From IMG/VR virus record IMGVR_UViG_3300045988_076953: DNA of 44,114 bases; one strand, 5' to 3'. Positions 1-7,400 of this stretch are shown here, piece by piece (the stretch's first letter is position 1; every line of letters starts with the position of its first letter). The position numbers and the translations under genes are program-made. Under the pieces are notes generated by a model. That model did not search any database. It was not told the origin of the DNA and saw only the letters and a program-made list of their open reading frames with translations. Origin of the DNA: a virus.

Positions 1-119
1 AAGTTGGTCGCGTCATTGCGGTGCCTCCTTACTCATATAAGCTGGTTTGGGCGTTGGTCTGTTGGATGAGCATCACGGAGTTGGTGCTGGGCTTCCAGCG
101 CTGGATGTACTCCACCGCC
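1..119. repeat. Terminal direct repeat, copy 1 (identical to 43996-44114)
   Basis: aagttggtcgcgtcattgcggtgcctcc...gtactccaccgcc is present at both window ends, read base by base. Confidence 0.95.
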
Positions 120-748
120 TGGGTGAAATCCTTGCGGGGCACGTTGCACACGCTGTTGACGCGAAACCAGTCCTGCACGTCCCGGTTGCACTCGCTAAAC
201 AGCTTGCCGCGCACATGGGGGTCGTTGTAGGCCGGGGCCGCCTTACCGCCCAGGGCTTCCACCACCACCCGGCCAACGGCCTTTTTCAAGGTCTGCTGCT
301 GGCTGTAATCCACCGTCATGGTGTTTTCCAGCGCGGTGATGCGGGCCTCTTGCTTTTGGGTGCGGTCATCCAGAAGGAAGAGCGCCTGCATCTCCTTGCT
401 GAGTTTGGGCATCGTGTAGCTGCCCGTCTTGCGCAGGGTAGGCAGCACCTCGCCGGTCACCCAGCGCTTGAAACGCACCGCACCTTCCAGCTTGCTGCCA
501 AAAATCAGGCTGTACACGCCGCTTTCGTTGACGATGACCATTTTCTGCATTCCGCCGGGGGTCATCATTTCGGTGACCCCCTTGTCTACATCATCAACGT
601 GGTTTGCTACGGCGTTGGCGAGTGACTTCCCTTCGCCGTACCCAAGTGCTGCTGCAATGTCCTTGCCCACGAACCACGGCTCGCCGTTCAGGTCTACCGT
701 GCGGATATCCCCAAACTCGGGGTTGTTGAAGATTTGAATGGATCTCAT
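29..748 (-). CDS. Phage antirepressor (Bro-N domain with a C-terminal KilAC/ORF6C-like region)
   Basis: ORF 29..769. The N-terminus IQIFNNPEFGDIRTVDLNGEPWFVGKDIAAALGY is the classic Bro-N signature. Start moved to Met8 (ATG at 748), 9 nt downstream of AGGAGG. Confidence 0.8.
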   Translation of the reverse strand: MRSIQIFNNPEFGDIRTVDLNGEPWFVGKDIAAALGYGEGKSLANAVANHVDDVDKGVTEMMTPGGMQKMVIVNESGVYSLIFGSKLEGAVRFKRWVTGEVLPTLRKTGSYTMPKLSKEMQALFLLDDRTQKQEARITALENTMTVDYSQQQTLKKAVGRVVVEALGGKAAPAYNDPHVRGKLFSECNRDVQDWFRVNSVCNVPRKDFTQAVEYIQRWKPSTNSVMLIQQTNAQTSLYE

Positions 749-752
749 ACGC

Positions 753-956
753 TCATACCTCCTTACCATTTACGAGCAGCGCATCCACCGATACGCGGAA
801 GTAGTTCGCAACCTTAATCAGCTGCGAGATGCTGGGACCGTATACGCTGCGTTCCCACTTCCCGATTGAGCCGTTGCTCAGCCCTGCCGCAACTTCAAGT
901 TCCGTGCGGCTCAGACCATGCAATTTGCAAAACTGGTCGATTTTTGAAACATTCAC
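753..956 (-). CDS. Cro-like XRE-family HTH regulator
   Basis: ORF 753..962. FCKLHGLSRTELEVAAGLSNGSIGKWE is an XRE-type HTH. GTG at 956 lies 8 nt after AGGAG. Divergent from the CI-like gene. Confidence 0.75.
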   Translation of the reverse strand: MNVSKIDQFCKLHGLSRTELEVAAGLSNGSIGKWERSVYGPSISQLIKVANYFRVSVDALLVNGKEV

Positions 957-962
957 TAGCAA

Positions 963-1185
963 TTCTCCTCTCTGGGCTTGAAAATCGCTAGAAAATATGC
1001 TACTATGCAGATGTGAAGTACAAAGTGAATAGAATCTAGCGTATGCCCGATATAATATTGTCAGGGGCTTTTGGTTTTGTTTGCCCTGTGCTTTATATTA
1101 TAGTAGCCAAGTGGCTATTTTTCAATAGTCAATTTTCAATCTCATAAACATTTGGCTATTTGCACAAAAAGAAAGGTCTTTTTCT
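963..1185. promoter_or_regulatory. Lysis-lysogeny switch region (divergent promoters plus candidate operators)
   Basis: 223-bp AT-rich gap between divergent HTH genes. Candidate rightward promoter TTGGTT(1071-1076)-17 nt-TATATT(1094-1099). TATAATAT (1051-1058) and inverted ATATTATA (1095-1102) flank the hairpin CAGGG..CCCTG. Direct repeats TGGCTATTT at 1112-1120 and 1153-1161. Confidence 0.55.
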
Positions 1186-1557
1186 ATGCGCAATGTGGAG
1201 CGAGCTAAAAAAATCGCTGCTGACAAAGGTATCAATATATCTTTTGTGTGCAGAGAGATCGGAAAAAGCAGAGGTTACATCTCTCAAATGCTGACTACCG
1301 ACAGAGACTTTCCAGATGAACTGCTTTTGCCAGTAGCCAATGCACTAGGTGTTACGGTTGAAGAACTCACCGGCGAAAGCGAGAAAAAAGAAAAGCCCAA
1401 CGCCTTAGATGGCGTTGGGCTGGGTGTACTATTAAAGGAATGCGAAGGGCTGTCCAAGGAAGAGCTGGAAGAAGCCAGGGAAATTCTTGATCGCTTGGAT
1501 GCAGATAAACTCAATGCTGCCCTGCTGATGCTTCGAGGACTTGCAGGTAAGCAATGA
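1186..1557 (+). CDS. CI-like XRE-family HTH repressor
   Basis: ORF 1186..1557. ISFVCREIGKSRGYISQMLT is an HTH motif, followed by a C-terminal acidic/coiled region. It heads the + strand lysogeny module. Confidence 0.7.
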   Translation: MRNVERAKKIAADKGINISFVCREIGKSRGYISQMLTTDRDFPDELLLPVANALGVTVEELTGESEKKEKPNALDGVGLGVLLKECEGLSKEELEEAREILDRLDADKLNAALLMLRGLAGKQ

Positions 1558-1659
1558 ACTCTTTGAGTTGTTCTCTCGTCAGTTTTCGCATGAGTTCTTC
1601 AATTTCTTTTCGCGGTTCGTCCATGATTACCTCACTTCCTTATATAATGGGTGATTACA

Positions 1660-2223
1660 ATGGTTGCTTTTGCTTGGGTTGTTATTATTGCCGGGCTTAT
1701 CGTGGGCTTTGGAAATCGCGCAGATGAGAAGCGCGAGAACCCATCCGCCAAAGGCATGACGCGCGTACAAAAATGGTCGTTCGGTGCCGTTGCAGTAGCG
1801 GCGGTTTATGCCCTCATGATAGCACCGAGTTTGGATACGGGCACATCCGCGCCTGCAACGTCCGTGGAAGATCGTTCTGGCCCCTGCACATACAAAGTCA
1901 CGGCTGACTTTGAGGAGGAGTGGAACAACTCCGTGGGCCATGACTGGAAGTTTTACGCCACGGTAAACGGGGAGACAATCACCAACAGTGGCGTGGAAAT
2001 CACCTGTGACGTGGGAGACCGCGTGGATTTGTACGCCCAGTGCGTTGAGCGGGACACATACCCCGATATAGGAGAGGATAACTCCTATATCATTATTGAA
2101 GAAGATGATTTATGGAATCCTTTTACTGTGTATAGTGATGTTACGGTCACGGAAGATCGCGGGCGGTACGCCGGGAACACAGCCGGGATTGCCGTGACGT
2201 TTACGTTTGAACCTGTAGAATGA
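1660..2223 (+). CDS. Membrane protein of the lysogeny module (candidate superinfection-exclusion or moron protein)
   Basis: ORF 1651..2223. Two N-terminal hydrophobic segments (VAFAWVVIIAGLIVGF, FGAVAVAAVYALMIA) followed by a soluble domain. ATG at 1660 preferred. No recognisable family. Confidence 0.5.
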   Translation: MVAFAWVVIIAGLIVGFGNRADEKRENPSAKGMTRVQKWSFGAVAVAAVYALMIAPSLDTGTSAPATSVEDRSGPCTYKVTADFEEEWNNSVGHDWKFYATVNGETITNSGVEITCDVGDRVDLYAQCVERDTYPDIGEDNSYIIIEEDDLWNPFTVYSDVTVTEDRGRYAGNTAGIAVTFTFEPVE

Positions 2224-2295
2224 AACCATGTACTTGTTGTCCACACAATAGCATAAACTCGCGGCTTTTACCACGTCTAAAATTGCGTAAAAAAA

Positions 2296-2344
2296 GAGCG
2301 TTTCCCGGCATTCGACAGCTGAGAAACGCTCTTTTGGTATTTTT
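2296..2344 (+). terminator. Rho-independent terminator
   Basis: GAGCGTTTC (2296-2304) pairs with GAAACGCTC (2323-2331), followed by TTTTGGTATTTTT and preceded by an A-run. Confidence 0.7.
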
Positions 2345-2363
2345 GCACAAAGGAGGATGACAT

Positions 2364-2942
2364 ATGTTGTACGATGCAAAGAGGATTGCAGCACTCATGG
2401 CACAGGCAAGGGAAAGGTCGGGCATTGCGCAAGAGACGCTTGCCGCGCTGCTGCACGTCAGCCCGCGCACGGTGCAGAGATGGGAGCACGGGGAGAAGCC
2501 GCCCACACTGGAAGATTTTATAAACTGGTACAGAGCGTTAAGTTTGAACTGGTTTCCGGATGTTCTCCGCCTGGCCCACCCGGAGTTGTACACCGACTTT
2601 GACGGCAGCCACGCGGATGTGGAGCAGAGGCGGAACGGGCTGTTTAAGTACCTGGCAGACTGCCCGCCGGGCGAAGTGGACAAGCTGGCATTCCTGATAT
2701 TCGGCGCACACGGCAGTGAATGGCCGTCCATGCTGGACGAGTACGTAGCAAACGCCCATTGCAGCATGGCAAGCCGGACAGCCGTGTGCAGGCTGATAAT
2801 TGACAACTACGAGCTGGAGTCCATCACCGGCGACTTGGTGGAGCCGGAGAAGGCAAAGCCGAACCTGCAAAACCTGCACAGCGCCCACGATGCAGGCAGA
2901 CAGGCCGCCCAGATGAAGAAGAATGAGTACACCATGAAATAA
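2364..2942 (+). CDS. Second XRE-family HTH protein with an unknown C-terminal domain
   Basis: ORF 2364..2942. RSGIAQETLAALLHVSPRTVQRWEHGE is a canonical HTH. RBS AAAGGAGG lies upstream. Confidence 0.7.
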   Translation: MLYDAKRIAALMAQARERSGIAQETLAALLHVSPRTVQRWEHGEKPPTLEDFINWYRALSLNWFPDVLRLAHPELYTDFDGSHADVEQRRNGLFKYLADCPPGEVDKLAFLIFGAHGSEWPSMLDEYVANAHCSMASRTAVCRLIIDNYELESITGDLVEPEKAKPNLQNLHSAHDAGRQAAQMKKNEYTMK

Positions 2943-2972
2943 CTTGCCGGTAACTTGCCGGTAACTTGCTGC
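2940..2972 (+). repeat. 11-bp tandem repeat TAACTTGCCGG x2 plus the degenerate copy TAACTTGCTGC, just upstream of the int RBS
   Basis: Read directly: taacttgccgg taacttgccgg taacttgctgc. It begins with the stop codon of the upstream gene. Confidence 0.85.
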
Positions 2973-2988
2973 ATAGGAGGTGCAAACC

Positions 2989-4143
2989 ATGACGTGTGTG
3001 CGATGCTCAAGAGACATCCCAGAAGGGGCGCTGTTTTGCCCGTGGTGTGGCAAACGGCAGACGGTGGCCACCCGGCCAAAGGCAAGAAGGGCAAAGGGGA
3101 ACGGCTCCATTGCACGTCTGCAAGGGCGCAGTTCACCCTACAAGGCCGTTTACAAGGGGGCCTATATCGGTTGCTATAAAACCAAACAAGACGCGGAAAG
3201 AGCAATTCTCGCGGCCTCAGAGCAAGAGCCTGATTTGGAGTACCGAAATTACACCATGCAACAGGTGTATGACGCGGTAGTTTCTGACCGCGCTTTCCGG
3301 CAGAACACAGAGAAGTACCGGATTGATGTGGCATCAGCGTGGAACTATATGATAGAGCTGCACAGCATCAAGGCAATCAACGTGCGAAAAGAAACATTGG
3401 AGGGCATCCTGTACCGGGCAGAGGATGAAGGAAAATCAAAGTCCCACCAGCACAAACTCCGCTCGCTCATGCACAAGCTCTGTATGTTTTGCGTCCAGCA
3501 CGGGATCCATCAGACGGATTACTCCGAGGGCCTGAAACTCACCGCCGACGTGAAGAGCCAGCGTGTGCCATTTGACGATGCAGATTTGCGGCTGCTGTAC
3601 CAGCACCGGTTTGAGCGTGTGCCAGGCATTATCTGGTTCTTGTGCATGAGTGGTTGCCGCCTTGTAGACCTCGCGAAGATTTCCCGTAATGGCTGCATTG
3701 ACTTTGAGCGCCACGGCATCCGTCTGGAAGGCTCCAAAACTGCCGCCGGGAAGAACCGGTACATTCTTCTCGACCCCATCACGTGGGACGTGTTTATGCA
3801 CTTCTGCAACGACACAAAGCCCGGCCAGCGCATTTTCCGCAGCCCAAATGGCAGCGCCTGGAACATCCGCAATTTCCGGATACGAGAATTCTACACGGGC
3901 CTGGAAGAAATAGGTGTGCAGAATCCGCACCGCTATGTCCCTTACTCATGCCGTCACACCTTCGCCAGTCTCGCGGCCAAAGCGAACGTGGACAAGGAAG
4001 CGCTGCAACGCGCCATCGGCCACCAGATCGGCAGTTCTGTCACGGACGATTATTACATTTCGCAAGATGCACACATCGCCGTCGCACAAGAAGAGTTTGA
4101 AAAAATGGCAAACGAGATTAAATGTATTATTGATGCAACGTAA
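2989..4143 (+). CDS. int: Tyrosine recombinase / phage integrase with an N-terminal zinc ribbon
   Basis: ORF 2980..4143. CVRC..CPWC zinc ribbon. Catalytic-type motifs MSGCRLVDL (Arg), YSCRHTFAS (H-x-x-R), IGHQ (His) and DDYY (Tyr). ATG at 2989 is 8 nt after AGGAGG. Confidence 0.85.
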   Translation: MTCVRCSRDIPEGALFCPWCGKRQTVATRPKARRAKGNGSIARLQGRSSPYKAVYKGAYIGCYKTKQDAERAILAASEQEPDLEYRNYTMQQVYDAVVSDRAFRQNTEKYRIDVASAWNYMIELHSIKAINVRKETLEGILYRAEDEGKSKSHQHKLRSLMHKLCMFCVQHGIHQTDYSEGLKLTADVKSQRVPFDDADLRLLYQHRFERVPGIIWFLCMSGCRLVDLAKISRNGCIDFERHGIRLEGSKTAAGKNRYILLDPITWDVFMHFCNDTKPGQRIFRSPNGSAWNIRNFRIREFYTGLEEIGVQNPHRYVPYSCRHTFASLAAKANVDKEALQRAIGHQIGSSVTDDYYISQDAHIAVAQEEFEKMANEIKCIIDAT

Positions 4144-4146
4144 TTT

Positions 4147-4168
4147 GTTACACTATCCGTTACACTAT
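4147..4168. repeat. Candidate arm-type integrase binding sites (GTTACACTAT x2)
   Basis: GTTACACTAT at 4147-4156 and 4159-4168. A near copy, GTTACTCTAT, lies at 4341-4350 on the other side of the tRNA-fragment core. Confidence 0.5.
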
Positions 4169-4204
4169 GCGCCAAATTCCGCAGAATTGGAACACATTTG
4201 TTTT

Positions 4205-4250
4205 TGAACAAAAAACAAAAGGCACCATGCAAACAACGTTGCACGGTGCC
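4205..4250. terminator. Strong hairpin terminator (minus-strand sense, downstream of the tRNA fragment; also closes int on +)
   Basis: GGCACCATGCAA..TTGCACGGTGCC hairpin (4221-4250). On the minus strand it is followed by TTTTGTTTTTTGTT; on the plus strand by ATTTT. Confidence 0.75.
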
Positions 4251-4254
4251 ATTT

Positions 4255-4304
4255 TGGTGCGCTGGAAGGGACTCGAACCCCCGACCTTCTGATTCGTAGT
4301 CAGA
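4255..4304 (-). other. attP core candidate: 3' 50 nt (positions 27-76) of a tRNA-Arg(ACG)
   Basis: The reverse complement reads TCTGA-CTACGAA-TCAGA (anticodon arm, ACG), AGGTC, GGGGG-TTCGAGT-CCCTT, CCAGCGC-A-CCA. There is no D-arm or 5' acceptor upstream. It is adjacent to int. Confidence 0.75.
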
Positions 4305-4340
4305 ATTTTTGAGCGATTTTCAACGAAAATGAGTTTAACT

Positions 4341-4350
4341 GTTACTCTAT
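4341..4350. repeat. Third arm-type-like site (GTTACTCTAT)
   Basis: One mismatch to the 4147/4159 repeats, on the opposite arm of the putative attP. Confidence 0.35.
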
Positions 4351-4357
4351 TGTTGCA

Positions 4358-4483
4358 TTATAAGTGCTTTACGCGGTCTCGTTCTTCGGCCTTCTTTGCG
4401 TCGTTCCACTTGTCCATGGTGCCCACCAGATAGCCGGTGATACGGCGGACGCGCTCAAAGGGGATGTTGTTACCAATATCCAT
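4358..4483 (-). CDS. 41-aa ORF resembling the glycyl-radical C-terminal segment of anaerobic ribonucleotide reductase NrdD
   Basis: Hand translation: MDIGNNIPFERVRRITGYLVGTMDKWNDAKKAEERDRVKHL. RBS AAAGGAG lies 7 nt upstream, directly after the giant ORF's stop codon. The R-x-x-G-Y-L ... WN..K..E...RVKH pattern matches recalled NrdD C-termini. Confidence 0.5.
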   Translation of the reverse strand: MDIGNNIPFERVRRITGYLVGTMDKWNDAKKAEERDRVKHL

Positions 4484-4494
4484 ATTTTACTCCT

Positions 4495-7400
4495 TTACCG
4501 TTTGGATTTCCAGTTGGACGAGCTGGCATCCCAGAATGCATCTTTCATGGCCTCGCTCATGTCGCTGTCATTCAGCCATGCACGGGCCTCGCTCTGGTTA
4601 ATGCCCGTCTTGCCGTCCGTGTTCGCGTACTTCCGGTAGGCAATCCAGTTCATCAGCCCATCAATGCCATACTGATTGTAGATGTCAATGCGCTTCTGCT
4701 CTTCGGTGCCAACGGAGTAGTCAGGCACAATGTCCAGTGCCGCAATCTTGCCTGCGGTGCTGTACAGCTCAGGGATAAGCTGCACTTGCTGCTCTTCGGT
4801 GTAGCGAGAATCCAGCACGGCTTCGGCCATGTCCTTGCGCAGCTGGCCAGACTGTGTTGCAAAGTCGGTGTACTCCTGCGGCGAAAGCTGATAGCTGTGG
4901 CGCTCCTTGTTGGATGTCCACGACACTTTCTTTTCAGCGACTTCCGGAATTACGCTGTTGTCGCCAGAGCTGTTGGCCAAATCCAGCACACCCTGCTTCA
5001 CAGGGTCGTCCGTTGTCTCGCTGTAGTAACCGGGGGAGAGCATATTGTATGCCAGCCGCCCGGCAAAACTTCCGCCGGTGTTCGGTTTGGTGTCGCCGAA
5101 TGCATCAATGTACGGCTGCCCAGTCTCGGACAGGAACGGGATTTTGTTGCGGATTTTGTTTGCTGTGTAGCCAATGTCGGACTCAAGGCCGGTTGTGCCG
5201 CTATATGTACTGCGCCGCACGGGGTCAATGCTTCTGGCGACTTGCCCAGCAAGCGTTGGAATGCCCTGTGTTGCATAGCTGCTCAGGGATTGTTTCGCCA
5301 TGCCGTAGATGTAAGGGTCCTCGGAGTAGCGCAAAGATTCAAGGTTGTCATTCAGCCCCTGCAAGAAGGACATTTCCAGCAAAGGCTCAAGCACTTGCTG
5401 CGACGCGGACGCAACGCTATTCAGAGAGGCCCCATCACTTGCAGCCAGCTTTGCATACTCTGCTCCGGCAAACATCGGAATAGCGGCAGCGTTGGCCCAG
5501 TCGATGGTGTAGCTGTGCAGCTTCCCGTCGTCGTCCACCAGCTGGAGGCTGTATTCTTGGCGGCCTTCCAGATTTGCCTTGTCCTTTTCATCGTCGCTAA
5601 TTCCGGCAGTGAGCAAGCCCTTCTCGGCCAGGATTCCGCCCAGGGCAAACAGCAAACTACCCGTGACGGAAGCCGCCGCATGATCGAGCATCAGGTTTAC
5701 ATCGCCAGTGCCACGCGCAACCTTGATGCCCTCTGCGGCAGTAGACACAAAGCCCAGCGGGCTATACTGCAAGCTCTGCTTTGCCACATTGATGGGCGTT
5801 TTCACAAAGGGCAGCTGGCCTTCCACGATGTCGCCCAGCACACGGGATGCAAAGTTGTCGGAACCTCGCAAGTCGGCCTTGAATTTGGCCACGGCAGAGG
5901 CGGTTTTGGACTCCGCATGGTAAGTGTTGATTAGTGCCTGTTGGATAGCATGTGCTCTGGCCTTGTCAAGCAAATCCAAACTTTGTGCGTCCGTCGCGTC
6001 GAAAATGCTTGCGTCCGCGCCGTTTGCTTTGAGGTATTGCGCCAACGACCATGCATAGTTGTTTTTCAGGCCAGCAACGCCGAGAACGCCCTTGTTTGTG
6101 CCACTCGCAGCAGAATCCTGAATCCAGTCAATCGCGGCATCCATGGCTTTGTTAATGCCGCGCAGACCTTCCAATACACCAAAAGTGCCCTCATAGTCGG
6201 AGACTTCCAGTGGCGCGCTTGCCCTTGCAGCTAGGCTGTCCAAAGCGGACAGGAACTTGGTTACAATGTTGTTACTATCAGGGGATGCAAGGTTCCGAAA
6301 TGTTTCGCGGTGTTGCTGCATGTCGCGCGCCAGATTCATGCGCTCGCTTGTGCCGGAAAGCTGACGATAACTGTTCAGATCGGCATCGTTGGCGGAAGCT
6401 GCAAGCAGTGCGCGACCGTTCTCGGTGAACGGGGTTACAATCGCCGTTGTGCGTTCAACCTTTCCAGGGGCAACTTTGTTAATCATCCACTCCATGGATG
6501 CAAGCACAACGTCCTTTGCACGGGCGTTCAGGCCCATTGACACGTTGCCGCCGATGTTTTTCTCGTTGGTACGAGCACTAAGCAACATAGATGTGTAGCG
6601 CCATGCGTCCCATGCGTCGCGGAAAGAGCCACTCAGATTTTGCGCTGCAATGGTTGCCACTTCGCTTTCCATCAGCACCCGGTCGCGGCTGTTCACGGGG
6701 AGCTGTTCCGCCCGCTCTGCAAGGTTGAGGATTTGCTGGCACTGCTCCGCAGTCAAGGGCTGTACGCCAAATTTCGACGCGGCATAGGCTTTCACATCTT
6801 CGTTGTCGTAAACGCCCATGCGCAAAAGCTCCAAAAATTGGTCGTGCGTGGACTTGCTCGTTTTGCCTTTCCCGCCCCGGATGGCTTTCAGGTTTGCGTC
6901 CGCCGCTTCCGACAATGCTTTGGAATACTCGTTCATGGCCATTTCGGCAATGCGTTGTGCTTGCGTGTCGTCCATGTCGAAGGTGTCCTGAATGCGCTCC
7001 TGAATTTCTCGAAGAGTGGACTGTTTGTCCCCACGACCTTTTTTGACTAGGGCCTTGAAGTCAAGCCCTTGATCTTTGGTGTACTTGGACACAAGTTGCT
7101 TTATCGTGTCTTTCCCGTACAAACCGGATTCTCCGGCGTCATCGAAGAATGCTTGCAGGCGGCTGCTCATGTCAGCGTTGTCTTTATACCTTTCGGTAAG
7201 CGCTTCCTTTGCCGCTTCCCATACATGCGAGTATGTCTCTTGATTGTCCAACGCGGTTTGCAGCTTTTCCTCAACCGTCAGCTTCGGCTTTTGGGGCCGT
7301 GCACCTTTTTCGGTGTCGCTTGTCGCCATCTTGGTCAGCTGGGAAAGCATTTCGCTTTGTACAACGTCCTCAACACTGGATTCTTTCCCGTCCGTTACGT

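Noticed and set aside
1511-1624. 37-aa minus-strand ORF (MDEPRKEIEELMRKLTREQLKEFIAYLQVLEASAGQH) overlapping the 3' end of the CI-like gene
   Set aside because: It has a plausible RBS (AAGGAAGTGAGG). However, it is very short, it overlaps the repressor gene antisense by about 47 nt, and there is no supporting family or coupling. It is too weak to call.
4364-4639. 91-aa + strand ORF bridging the attP arm and the end of the giant gene
   Set aside because: It is antisense to both the NrdD-like mini-ORF and the giant ORF's C-terminus, and it has no RBS. The minus-strand readings are far better supported.
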